A stretch of 64,000 nt of DNA, from contig NIVC01003439.1 in assembly GCA_002269645.1 (NCBI GenBank), forward strand, positions 33,454 to 97,453, in the 5' to 3' direction. The translations under genes were made by a program, and so were the position numbers. The notes beneath the pieces were generated by a model, which did no database searches, was not told where the DNA came from, and saw only the letters and a list, made by a program, of their open reading frames with translations. Below are positions 1-12,880 of this stretch, in pieces (positions within the stretch are counted from its first letter, which is position 1; every line of letters starts with the position of its first letter). Source of the DNA: Macrostomum lignano (taxonomy: Eukaryota).

Positions 1-69
1 TATTGCAAAGACGCGAAGTCTTAGACTGGCTTACTGACTTTTTACTTATTTATTATTCTCCTAAGAGTA

Positions 70-845
70 TATAAGACAGCGGAGCCATCTATAAGACATC
101 GGACTCATCTAGAAAAAAGCAGATTCATCTGGATTCATTTACAAGAAATTTGATTAATCTATTAACTTGAAGTATAAGACATCTGATTCGTCTATAAGAA
201 ATCTGATTCATCTGAAAGACATTTGATTAATCTATAAGACAGTATCCATCTATAAAACATTCGATTCATTCAAAAGACACCTGATTCATCTATAAGACAT
301 CTGATTCATCTATTAGACATCCGATTTATCTATTAGACATCGAATTCATCTATTAGACATTCGATTCATCTATAAGACATCTGATTCATCTATAAGACAT
401 CTGCTTCATCTATAAGACATATTGTTCATCGATAAGATATCTGATTCATCGATAAGATATCTGATTCATCGATAAGATATCTGATTCATCGATAAGATAT
501 CTGATTCATCGATAAGATATCTGATTCATCGATAAGATATCTGATTCATCGATAAGATATCTGATTTATCTATTATACATCCGATTTGTCTATTAGACAT
601 CCGATTCATCTATAAGACATCTGATTCATCTAAGAGACATCTGATTCATCTATAAGAAATATTATTCATCTATAAGACATTTATATTAGAGTCTGAATTA
701 GAAGAGATGTGATTAATCTAAGAGACATCTGAATCATCTGAAAGATATCTGATTCATCTATAAGACATCAGATTCATCGATAAGACATATTGTTCATCTA
801 TAAGATATCTGATTTATCTATAGGAAATCAGTTACATCTATAAGA
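70..845. repeat. Degenerate ~20-bp minisatellite
   Basis: Repeated unit TCTGATTCATCTATAAGACA with variants; edges approximate. Confidence 0.9.
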
Positions 846-1312
846 CGGCGCTATAGTCTTTATCCATACAACGTGCAATATAGAATGCTTCATCTTGAAC
901 GTTGAGCCTCAAGCAAATAATGCATTTGAACTGTAACTCGCACAGAGAATGGGCCATATGGGTAACTGTGCGCATACAGAATATATAAAAAAGCAGGGCT
1001 TGAGTTCCGTTAAAAGCCCTTGCAATAACCACGACCTATACAGCTAGCAAAGAATTATAGGAATAGAATATCGAAAATATGGCCCAGTTGTCAGACACAA
1101 GATTCGCATGTATTACGAAAAATTCAGTCAGCTATTCGGCTTTAGCATATAGCTCGTAGCATTTAGGAGCGATTTTATTTCCGATAAAATACAACTGGCT
1201 TGTATAGCGCAGAGTGCATGGCTCATATAGCATGCATAGCCCCCTGCAAATACATTGTGGTAACGTTGATGACTTATATTATTTTTTGTCGGCTAATACC
1301 ATGCATCAAGTA

Positions 1313-2147
1313 TAGAGCTAATCTAGATTCTGTGGGGCGCCATGCATCAAGTGAGCTAATCTGGATTCTGTGGGGCGCCTTGCATCAAGCAGAGCTAATC
1401 TGGATTCTGTAGGGCGCCTTGCATCAAGCAGAGCTAATCTGGATTCTGTAGGGCGCCATGTATCAAGTAGAGCTAATCTGGATTCTGTGGGGCGCCATGC
1501 ATCAAGTGAGCTAATCTGGATTCTGTAGGGCGCCATGTATCAAGCAAAGCTAATCTGGATTCTGTAGGGCGCCATGTATCAAGCAGAGCTAATCTGGATT
1601 CTGTAGGGCGCCATGTATCAAGCAAAGCTAATCTGGATTCTGTAGGGCGCCATGTATCAAGCAAAGCTAATCTGGATTCTGTAAGGCGCCATGCATCAAG
1701 CAGAGCTAATCTGGATTCTGTAGGGCACCATGTATCAAGCAGAGCTAATCTGGATTCTGTAGGGCGCCATGTATCAAACAGAGGCGCTAAGGGAGGGCGC
1801 CATGCATCAAGCAGAGGCGCTAAGGGAGGGCGCCATGCATCAAGCAGAGGCGCTAAGGGAGGGCGCCATGCATCAAGCGGAAGCGCTAAGGGAGGGCGCC
1901 ATGCATCAAGCAGAGGCGCTTTGGGAGGGCGCCATGCATCAAGCAGAAGCACTAAGGGAGGGCGCCATGCATCAAGCAGAAGCGCTAAGGGAGGGCGCCA
2001 TGCATCAAGCAGAGGCGCTAAGGGAGGGCGCCATGCATCAAGCAGAGGCGCTAAGGGAGGGCGCCATGCATCAAGCAGAGGCGCTAAGGGAGGGCGCCAT
2101 GCATCAAGCAGAGGCGCTAAGGGAGGGCGCCATGCATCAAGCAGAGG
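1313..2147. repeat. Compound minisatellite: 39-bp array (~1313-1778) followed by 33-bp array (~1779-2147)
   Basis: Units GAGCTAATCTGGATTCTGTAGGGCGCCATGTATCAAGCA and GAGGCGCTAAGGGAGGGCGCCATGCATCAAGCA. The overlapping ORFs show 13-aa and 11-aa periodicity. Confidence 0.95.
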
Positions 2148-2661
2148 CTGCATACAAAAATCGAAGATAAAGATAATCCATGACATTTTGATTCCCTAGA
2201 AATCCTTGCACCATGTGCCGACAATATGTAACAGACTTAGTATGAAAATTATTGATTTCTGCACTTGAATAAAATCATACCTTTGAAATTTCAGAAACTA
2301 ATAAAATTATAGTAGAAACAGAGAAACTCCCTATCATGCATAAGAATCTCATTTCCGAAACTCCCCATACTGAAGCAACTTCAAAATTTGCTTTGATTTG
2401 CCATAAGCATTGTAAATTTTGTGTAGTTTAGAAACTCAAAATAAGGACGTCAAAAGTTTGTAAACAAAATTTATGCAAAATCAAATTCTGTAGCAACTTT
2501 TTGAGCTAGAAAAAGTCAGTTGCAATGCAGACTGTATTAACAATTACTGAAGCGCGGCTTGTGTAATATCCATGTAACTTTGATTGGACACAATGATTCT
2601 CTACATTAAAAGACTTCGAGTAATTAACAGTAAGAATTTGATGTATTAACAATGAGATTTC

Positions 2662-4742
2662 GATGGTGCAGTAGATATACAGATGGTGCAGTAGATATTT
2701 ATACAGATGGTGCAGTAGATATACAGATGGTGCAGTAGATATTTATACAGATGGTGCAGTAGATATACAGATGGTGCAGTAGATATACAGTTGGTGCAGT
2801 AGATATACAGATGGTGCAGTAGATATACAGATGGTGCAGTATATATTTATACAGATGGTGCAGTAGATATACAGATGGTGCAGTAGATATTTATACAGAT
2901 GGTGCAGTAGATATACAGATGGTGCAGTAGATATACAGATGGTGCAGTAGATATACAGATGGTGCAGTAGATATACAGATGGTGCAGTAGATATTTATAC
3001 AGATGGTGCAGTAGATATACAGATGGTGCAGCAGATATGTATACAGATGGTGCAGTAGATATTTATACAGATGGTGCAGTAGATATACAGATGGTGCAGT
3101 AGATATACAGATGGTGCAGTAGATATTTATACAGATGGTGCAGTAGATATACAGATGGTGCAGCAGATATTTATACAGATGGTGCAGTAGATATACAGAT
3201 GGTGCAATAGATATACAGTTGGTGCAGTAGATATTTATACAGATGGTGCAGTAGATATACAGATGGTGCAGTAGATACTCGTATTTATACAGATGGAGCA
3301 GTAGATATTTATACAGATGGTGCAGCAGATATACAGATGGTGCAATAGATGTACAGATGGTGCAGTAGATATTTATACAGATGGTGCAGTAGATATACAG
3401 ATGGTGCAGTAGATATACAGATGGTGCAGTAGATATACAGATGGTGCAATAGATGTACAGATGGTGCAGTAGATATTTATACAGATGGTGCAGCAGATAT
3501 ACAGATGGTGCAATAGATGTACAGATGGTGCAGTAGATATTTATACAGATGGTGCAGTAGATATACAGATGGTGCAGTAGATATACAGATGGTGCAGTAG
3601 ATATACAGATGGTGCAGTAGATGTACAGATGGTGCAGTAGATATACAGATGGTGCAGTAGATATACAGATGGTGCAGTAGATATACAGATGGTGCAGTAG
3701 ATATACAGATGGTGCAGTAGATATACAGATGGTGCAGTAGATATACAGATGGTGCAGTAGATATACAGATGGTGCAGCAGATATTTATACAGATGGTGCA
3801 GTAGATATTTATACAGATGGTGCAGTAGATATACAGATGGTGCAGTAGATGTACAGATGGTGCAGTAGATATTTATACAGATGGTGCAGTAGATATACAG
3901 ATGGTGCAGTAGATATACAGATGGTGCAGCAGATATTTATACAGATGGTGCAGTAGATATTTATACAGATGGTGCAGTAGATATACAGATGGTGCAGTAG
4001 ATATACAGATGGTGCAGTAGATATACAGATGGTGCAGTAGATATACAGATGGTGCAGTAGATATAAAGATGGTGCAGTAGATATACAGATGGTGCAGTAG
4101 ATATACAGATGGTGCAGTAGATATACAGATGGTGCAGTAGATATACAGATGGTGCAGTAGATATACAGATGGTGCAGTAGATATACAGATGGTGCAGTAG
4201 ATATACAGATGGTGCAGTAGATATACAGATGGTGCAGTAGATATACAGATGGTGCAGTAGATATACAGATGGTGCAGTAGATATACAGATGGTGCAGTAG
4301 ATATACAGATGGTGCAGTAGATATACAGATGGTGCAGTAGATATACAGATGGTGCAGTAGATATACAGATGGTGCAGTAGATATACAGATGGTGCAGTAG
4401 ATATACAGATGGTGCAGTAGATATACAGATGGTGCAGTAGATATACAGATGGTGCAGTAGATATACAGATGGTGCAGTAGATATACAGATGGTGCAGTAG
4501 ATATACAGATGGTGCAGTAGATATACAGATGGTGCAGTAGATATACAGATGGTGCAGTAGATATACAGATGGTGCAGTAGATATACAGATGGTGCAGTAG
4601 ATATACAGATGGTGCAGTAGATATACAGATGGTGCAGTAGATATACAGATGGTGCAGTAGATATACAGATGGTGCAGTAGATATACAGATGGTGCAGTAG
4701 ATATACAGATGGTGCAGTAGATATACAGATGATGCAGTAGAT
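2662..4742. repeat. 20-bp minisatellite with 24-bp variants
   Basis: Unit GATGGTGCAGTAGATATACA; the 24-bp variant carries an extra TTTA. ORF 3961..4833 is a repeat artefact. Confidence 0.97.
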
Positions 4743-5099
4743 AAAATAAAGTATAATTGCGCTTCAATTCTTTATGAGTATTCCCGCAAACAGGTGCAGA
4801 TACGGTAATGCTGTGCGGTACGGGTGCGCGCATTTTGCTACAATTTCAACGCGCAGTTTGCTTGAAGGCTGCTGCGCCACCTACTCGGTAGGAGAGTATT
4901 TTGATTTGGAAAGAGAATTATAGAAGCTGCAGCTGCAGAGAAAAAAAACATACATTTTGCTTCATCCTCCAGTATGCCGGAACTGATGTTGGAAATTCAG
5001 GATTTGAAATTTCATCGATGATGCATGACTCTTCAAGTGTTCAGAGAGGCAAGGGAAGAGAGGAAAGTAGATAGAGCTTATGGGAAAGTAAGTATAAGA

Positions 5100-5840
5100 T
5101 TGATCCAGTAAGTGGAAAGTACTCGTATAGATACTGTGAGTGAAAAGTAGACCGATGAGTGGAAAGTAGATCCGGTGAGTGGAAAGTAGATCCTGTAAGT
5201 GGAAAGTAGATCCTGTAAGTGTAAAGTAGATCCTGTAAGTGTAACGTAGATCCTGTAAGTGGAAAGTAGATCCGGTGAGTGGAAAGTAGATCCTGTAAGT
5301 GGAAAGTAGATCCGGTGAGTGGAAAGTAGATCCTGTAAGTGGAAAGTAGATCCTGTAAGTGGAAAGTAGATCCTGTGAGTGGAAAGTAGATCCTGTAAGT
5401 GGAAAGTAGATCCTGTGAGTGGAAAGTAGATCCAGTAAGTGGAAAGTAGATCCTGTAAGTGGAAAGTAGATCCGGTGAGTGGAAATTAGATCCTGTAAGT
5501 GGAAAGTGATCCTGTAAGTGTAAAGTAGATCCGGTGAGTGGAAAGTAGATCCTGTAAGTGGAAAGTAGATCCTGTAAGTGGAAAGTAGATCCTGTAAGTG
5601 GAAAGTAGATCCTGTGAGTGGAAAGTAGATCCTGTGAGTGGAAAGTAGATCCTGTAAGTGGAAAGTAGATCCGGTGAGTGGAAAGTAGATCCTGTAAGTG
5701 GAAAGTAGATCCTGTAAGTGGAAAGTAGATCCTGTAAGTGGACAGTAGATCATGTAAGTGGAAAGTAGATCATGTAAGTGGAAAGTAGATCATGTAAGTG
5801 GAAAGTAGATCCTGTAAGTGGAAAGTAGATCCTGTGAGTG
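5100..5840. repeat. 20-bp minisatellite
   Basis: Unit GGAAAGTAGATCCTGTAAGT. Confidence 0.95.
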
Positions 5841-6751
5841 GAGAAATAGATTCAGATTGTAGGTAAGTTAGATTAAGAGTGTGGAGAAAGTATAATTGAG
5901 AGTGTGGAGAAAGTAGATCCGGTGCTGAAAAAGTAGATCGATTGAAGATACCAAGGTAGGCCTGTATAGCTTTAGACACGAATTGGATTAATCAGAGGCT
6001 GGTAAAATGTAAGCGAAGTGACAAGAGACGATGGACAATATCTTATTAAGAAACAAATAAACGAAGAAGTTTGAAGCAGTTCTTATAGGTCAGCCCAGCA
6101 TATGCACAGCAGTTATTTTATAAATATATTTATTTTCTATTCCTCACGTTGGCTGTATCCTATATTCCCAACATTATACCCAATTCCATTCCCAACATTA
6201 CCCTATATCCTATTGTATTACCTAAAGAAAAAGTAAAAAATCAAGCTCGTCCAAATCCGCTACTGCTATCTTTTCTATCTATCTCTATCTTTTTATCATC
6301 CTATCTCTTGCCTCTCCTCTTTTCTCTTATCTCTCATCTCTCATCTCCTATTCTCTCACCTTTCGACTCCCGGGCCGGCAGCATTAACTAAACCAGAACC
6401 GAACTTTTCAGATGCGATAACCGCTGGTGCTCATTCGGTATTTTCGTATTTACCATCAATTTTAGGCAACTCACGATTGCGTAATAATCTATGCTATTAT
6501 TTTTGTTGAGAGATTTTCCGCGAGGACAGCTCAATAAAGATTGCGCAATTAACACTTGCTTGTATATAAATATTCCGAAGTGATAATTCCCTTTGAAAAG
6601 GTATAGGGCTTATCCGAGTGTGTATTTAAATTTGAGAAATAATATGGCTCTTGGCTGTGTTATGCAATGTTAGCACAACAATCGCATGTGACGAACAAGG
6701 GACCAATATTGAATGCCTTTTTTAGAGTGCACTGGGGGCGCCACCGGCGTG

Positions 6752-7120
6752 AATAGAGGGCGCCACTTGATGAGAATAGAGGGCGCCACTTGATGAGAAT
6801 AGAGGGCGCCACTTGATGTGAATAGAGGGCGCCACTTGATGTGAATAGAGGGCGCCACTTGATGAGAATAGAGGGCGCCACTTTGATGAGAATAGAGGGC
6901 GCCACTTGATGTGAATAGAGGGCGCCACTTGATGTGAATAGAGGGCGCCACTTGATGAGAATAGAGGGCGCCACTTTGATGAGAATAGAGGGCGCCACTT
7001 GATGTGAATACAGGCGCCACTTGATGAGAATAGAGGGCGCCACTTTGATGAGAATAGAGGGCGCCACTTGATGTGAATACAGGCGCCACTTGATGAGAAT
7101 AGAAGGCGCCACTTGATGTG
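6752..7120. repeat. 23-bp minisatellite
   Basis: Unit GAGGGCGCCACTTGATGAGAATA. Confidence 0.93.
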
Positions 7121-7834
7121 AAGAGATGCCCTTGTCCCAGTTGCCATGCGCAGCTATATACGAGTAATATAGTTGTCAGTTTTTATCATACTAAGTAAAT
7201 AAGTAAACAAAAACCGATTGTTCATTTCAATATTACGAATCATCATAAAATAAATGCCAGGGTTGTGTATTTTTCCACTGACTACATAATACAACGCTAT
7301 AAATAATGTAATGATGTACATATATTCCCTCGTTCATATATATATATGGCATTAACAGACACACAGACACACGCACGGATTCAGACCACGCCCTTAGACA
7401 GACAGCTTTGAAGATGATGTAATTGCAGGATCGTTGGCACCAATTCGTCACATCTCTTCTTCTCCCATCAGTTTCGGCCGGCACGCCAGGCAGTCTCTCG
7501 AGTCGAGTAGGTCCGAGCGAGCTCGCTCATTCCCGCATCGGCGGGGAGCCTCAAACCCAAGCCCTTATCCTATATAGGAACCTTTTGTGTTCATCAATCT
7601 TGTCACGCCCGTCTGTCTCTGATCCCTTGGAAGTTATTTTTTTTTACTTCCGATGTTGCTAGGGACCCCGCCGTTTGCTATACAGGCTTGACTTTTTCTC
7701 TTGGATCGGGTCGCCAGGTGTTTAGAATTCGATTTGATTCGAAACTCCTTGTCAAAAATAGTCTAGATTCCCTATTAATTTGGATAGATAGAGAAAGATA
7801 AAGAATTCAGCTCATGGCTGCAGGCCAAGTACAA

Positions 7835-8095
7835 AGAAGAGGGGGAGAGAGAAGAGCGAATAGGAAGGAAAGAGATGTGATGAGAGGAGAGGAGAGGCGA
7901 GAGGGGAGTTGAGAGATACAAGGAAAGAAGACAGAGAAAGAGAGGAAGGGAGTGAGGGGCGAGAGAAGAGGAGAGAAGAAAGAAGAGAGAAGAGAGCTAA
8001 GAAGAGAAACATTGAGCGGGCCGGATTGCTATTGGAGTTTTAAAGGACCCGAGGTTGTGATAGAGAGCTTTGGGGGCCGGAGTTTGCTGGACCAA
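7835..8095 (+). mobile_element. Degenerate copy of the GA-rich hAT-type MITE (right part)
   Basis: GA-rich tract followed by AAACATTGAGCGGGCCGGATTGCTATTG...AAAGGACC...GGAGTTTGC, which closely parallels 26611-26703. Confidence 0.6.
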
Positions 8096-8963
8096 ATCAA
8101 CCAGGCGAATAGGAAAAATGGGATAAACATAGATGTTGCGCTCCCTGAGAAAATAGACACGGGCAAGTTGTTTATAAAAAATAATATAACACACAAAAGA
8201 CTTCAAAGGAATCAATTTATTACTGAACTGACTAGCCATTGAAGGGATTAAATTCGATTTCATTCTGTCGAATGAATGCAATTTTAGCTGATTTATATAT
8301 TTATATTAGATTATATTATAATAGATCAGTATGCACGGTTAAACGCATAAAGTCATGCAGTTTGTATGTACAATGTACAGCAACGCGGAAGTGAACCTTA
8401 ATTATTAATTATTCATAGCTGCAGACAGGTGAAAGTTGCGAATGTCGCATAGCTCGTACAATGGCAGAGATTGGTAGCGATTTCTAATGTGTAAATATCG
8501 AAGAATAAAAGTTGTAAATATACATTCACACTGGGTGCAGTTGATATTAAATTTTGATAGAACTTCTTCATCTGCGCACAGGAATTACAACAGTTACTAA
8601 AAATGTCTGAATTGATTGCATTTAACAGGACAAGCCAAAAAAAGTTGAGAAATGAATACAAATCGATTAATTAATAAGAGGACGCACACATGTTGGAATT
8701 AATACTTAATGCATATACCCTATGTATGGATAATCCTGCGCTATTTACATACTATATTAAATTTAGACTTGCGATAATAGAGACTCGCCAAAATCAATAC
8801 AATCAATACTGGCTGAGCAAATACTAACTGCAGAATTACATCAATGCAAAGATGCATTTCTAGTTTATGTACACAATATCTGCTGCTTTTTAAGGAGGGC
8901 AATCCTCCTCACAGGATGGAATGCGGCTTGGGCGAGGGGAAGGCGGCAGGGGGTAAAGGACTG

Positions 8964-11900
8964 TCACCTGGGCCGGTGCTGTGACCTGGCCTGCGGATGG
9001 TGGTGATGATGCAGCTGCTGCTGTTGTTGTTGCTGGGCCAGGCTGAGGTCCATCGGCCGGACAAAGTCGTCGCTAGCCGGCCGAGTCGAGTCGCAGCCGG
9101 AGGTCGCGGCCGCGGCGGCAGCAGCAGCCGCAGCCATCGGCAGGCCGGCAGCGGCGGCAGCAGAGTGATGGTGATGATGCTGAGCGGCGAGGTGGTGGTG
9201 CGCAAACGGATAGGCAGGCGGGTGCTGCGGCAGGAAGGCGTAGGGATAATACAGCGAGTAGGCGTGGGCGGGGGTCAGCGGAGGCGGATACGGACTGATG
9301 AGGTGTCCGGCAGGGAACTGAGACGCCGCCGCTGCTGCTGCAGCCGCGGCCGCTGCCGCTTGCTGCTGCTGTTGCAGGTGGTAGCTGGCCTGCTGCTGGC
9401 TGTGGTAGACTCTGGCCATTTTGCTGGCGGCTGATGACGGAGGGATGCAGGAAGGAAGCGCAGCGGAAGAAGCCACGTGAGGCCTTTTCTTTTGTTGTTG
9501 CTGCTGCTGCTGCTGCGGCTTCTTGCTGCTGAGTTCGGAGACCTGCTGGTGCTGAGCTGGCATTGGCGGCAGCGGAGACGGCAGCTGCTTCGTTGCAGGC
9601 TTCGATTTGGCCGGCTGCTTTGCTGGCTTCACGGGCTGCTGTTGCTGCACATGCGGCGGCGGTGGCGGCGGCGGTGGCGGTGGTGGAGGCGGAGGCCGCA
9701 GCGACTGTGCTGGCGCCGCAGGAAGCCGCTGGAGTTCCGCTTTGGCCGCTGGCCAGATTGCCGGGGGCTCCGGCGCGGCCTGCTGCTGGTTCAGGTCGAT
9801 CAGTAGCGGCTTGTCGTCCTCATCGCTTGCGACCGCGTCGTCGGATGCCGGGCTGACAGTATCAGTCTCGCCGGCAGTGGTGGTCGCGGGCAGCGACCCA
9901 GTCGGTAGGGGGATGTGGTCGCCGTCCTGGGAGCCGCAGGCGCTGCCCACATCAGCAGCATCAGTTGGCGGCTCGTCCAGACGCAATGCAGATGGCGGAC
10001 TGGCAACAGGCGGCGGCCGCTGCTGGCACTGCGGAGGCGGCGGCGGGGGTGGCGGTGGGCGCGGCGACTTTTTGACCGGGTGATCCGGCTTGCGCTTCTT
10101 CTTAGGGCTGGCCGGTTGCGACTCCTCCGTGGCGGCCGGCGGAGCGGCCAGCGGCGATACCGACACGGTGATTGGCTGCTCTGCCGATTCGGGCGCCTCA
10201 ACTGGCGTTGGCGCGGGTGATGGCGCTGCAGATTCAACTGTCGGCCCCGCTGGGACATTTGGCTCGGCTTCTTTCGTTAAAGTTTCCGTTACAGGTTGTT
10301 CAGTCTGTTGCTGCTGCTGCGGCTTGTTGCTAGGCGCTTCATCATCAACTGCAGCCTCCTTTAACAGCGTCAGATTCTCATCCTGCTGCTTAACCAGCTC
10401 CTGACTCTCCTCTTCGGTCCCGAAGAATCCCGCAGGCTCAGGCGCCTCCCTGAACAGGACGTCCAGGCCATTGACACGCACCTGGGTGAGCACGATGCGG
10501 CCGAATGCATCTCGTCTAGCCAGCGGCGGCAGCACCGTGGCAACGCCGATGAGCTCCTGCGGCACCTTGACGGGCGGATCAGGCCTAGTTGGCGGCTGCC
10601 TCTTAAACCGGTTTTTGCTGCCCTTGGGCCTGCCGCGCTTCCGTTTCAGCAGGCTGCTGAATTTGTTCCCACTGCTAGAGGCTGATGCTAGAGTTGCGCA
10701 GGTCGCTGTCTTCTGCTGCTGCTCCTGTTGGTGATGCACAGACTGTGCGGCCAGCCGCTCCGGCAGGAGGCTGGCGGCAGCTTCATCTCCGCGGACGCCG
10801 CTGTTCTCAGACGAATCTCTCGGTTTCTCTTCCTCTTCGACACTGTCGGCGGCTTTGGCTGCAACCTCGGCGTCGCTGTTGTTGTTGACCTCGACTGCGG
10901 AGCGAAGCAACTCGGATTTGCGCCGGATTGTGCCGCCGCCGTGGCTGTCGCGCTTCACCACTAGGGGCGACACCTTCAGCGAGTGGGCTGAGGCGTCCGC
11001 GCCGCGCGGCGTAGCGCATCGGGCACGCTCGGGCGACTCGGAGCTGCTGGCCTCGGGGTCGCTGCCGCTGTCGCCAACGCCGAGACGCTCCTTGCGCAGG
11101 AAGCGGCTGACGTGGGTTTGCTGCTGCTGCTGCTGCTTGGGCGTGCTGCTTACCTCGGAGTCTGGCTCCTCGGCTTCTTCATCATAGTCTTCGTCATCTG
11201 CCTCGGAAGCTGGGCCGGCCTCGGACACGTGGGCCAAGCAGCTTTTTGGTATTGTGAGCAGCAGTTTGGGCCTCTCCTACAACATAAAAGTGCAAAAGGT
11301 TGCGGCTATGGAATTATACTGGCCAGCGATTCTCAATTCTCATTATTCTGCACCGGGGCAGTGAGGGTCTGGTCAAGTGGAAGGCCCAGCCTAGAGAGAA
11401 TGGTCCATAAGAGCCATAGGAGCTGACAGAATTGAGTGGCAAGCACGCGGCCTGCGAAATTCCTCTTGAATTTCAATGCCGATCACAGAGCCATCGCTGG
11501 GCAGAATAATGAGTAAGGAAGTGGGCATTGTGATGCCATGTGCGGAGAGGCTTGGACTAAGCCGAGTGGTCACAAAGGCCGCCTTGTGCCTGACTAAATT
11601 TATTTATTACGTCACGGAGTAAGCAGCCTTAGACACGAAAACTTTTTGACTAACTAATGTAGCCAGAGACTCGCACTCACGTTCTGATCGTTGCTAGGCG
11701 CAGTTGAAGTTTCTGTCGTTTTACCCGACGTAGAAGCAGCAGACGCGGCTGATGCTGCTGCAACAGTTTGCTGCTCCTGGTCAACAAGGCTCGGATTCTT
11801 TGTTTTGGTGGCAGTTGCCGCTGCCGGCTTAGTCTTAGCAGCCGACGAAGAAGCCGCAACTGATTGCTTTTGCTGCTTCTCCGCCTCACCCGCTGTTGTC

Positions 11901-12287
11901 TGCTTTTGCAGCTTGCCAGATTTTGCGGCGGACGGGGCGGCCAGGTTTGATGGCTTGTGCAGCTTGCGGGGCCAGCCGGTGGGGAAGACTCTCCTGCCCC
12001 GGATGCCCAGCTTGCTGGCCAGGCGCTTGCCAACGCTGCCAACTGGAGAGGGCTTGGAGGGCAATCTGGTGCTCTTCTGCTTCTGCAGGGCCGCCTTTGA
12101 CTTCGTCGCTGCTGTCGGCGGCGGAGGCGGAGGTACTGGTGATGGTGGAGCTTCGGGGCTATCGACACTGTCGCTGCTGCTGTCGCTGCTGCCGCTGCTT
12201 TCAGCGCTGCTGTCTTCTGCGCTGCTGCTAGCACTGCTGGCGCTAGTGCTGGCACTGCTGGAGTCCTGCTGCTTCTGATGCAGCTTC
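8964..12287 (-). CDS. Large low-complexity nuclear protein with AT-hook, NLS and PxDLS motifs (putative chromatin/transcription regulator); 5' end uncertain
   Basis: Exon ~12287-11681 ends at donor AAC|GTGAGT (phase 0). It joins in frame to exon 11276-8964 (acceptor TTTATGTTGTAG|GAG, reading ERPKLLLTIPK...), a stop-free frame of ~770 codons. Motifs: KRKRGRPKGSKNR (~10610-10650), PKKKRKP (~10086-10106), PMDLS (9042-9056), polyQ/A/P/H tracts. A phase-compatible first coding exon at 13152-13076 (MNAGGVGKKARRGKRL...) is possible but weak. Confidence 0.8.
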
Positions 12288-12394
12288 CTGGAATAGTGGA
12301 GATGATGCTGCACTAACTTCTTCCAGAAGATCTTCCAGCTAAACTGCATCCCAAATGTACCTACCCAAATTAGCACTTGATCCAGATCTGAGTC

Positions 12395-12880
12395 CCAGAT
12401 TTCCTAGTTGAATCCCAATTTATCCCAAATCCTCCTAGCTGAATCCCAATTTATCCCAACATCCTCCTAGCTGAATCCCAATTTATCCCAACATCCTCCT
12501 AGCTGAATCCCAATTTATCCCAACATCCTCCTAGCTGAATCCCCATTTATCCTAACATCCTCCTAGCTGAATCCCCATTTATCCTAACATCCTCCTAGCT
12601 GAATCCCCATTTATCCTAACATCCTCCTAGCTGAATCCCCATTTATCCTAACATCCTCCTAGCTGAATCCCCATTTATCCTAACATCCTCCTAGCTGAAT
12701 CCCAATTTATCCCAGATCCTTCATATCTGAATCCCAATTTATCCCAGATCCTCCTAGCTGAATCCCAATTTATCCCAGATCCTTCATATATGAATTGCCA
12801 ATTTATCCCAGATCCCTCATATCTGAATCCCAATTTATCCCAGATCCTCCTAGCTGAATCCAAATTTATCCCAGATCCTC
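12395..12880. repeat. ~32-bp minisatellite, probably intronic
   Basis: Unit TCCCAATTTATCCCAACATCCTCCTAGCTGAA. Confidence 0.92.

Noticed and set aside
2662-4742. Tandem arrays as CRISPR arrays
   Set aside because: There are no unique spacers between repeats, no cas genes, and the context is eukaryotic and spliced.
6240-6390. CT-rich tract as a reversed copy of the GA-MITE
   Set aside because: Similarity of its flanks to the element ends is too weak to support by eye.
1313-7147. Long periodic ORFs (for example 1473..2186, 3961..4833, 4962..5753, 6660..7147)
   Set aside because: They are translations of tandem arrays, often open in several frames on both strands, with no protein signal.
8997-12278. 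Many plus-strand and alternative-frame ORFs over the AT-hook gene
   Set aside because: They are shadow ORFs of a GC-rich low-complexity coding sequence.
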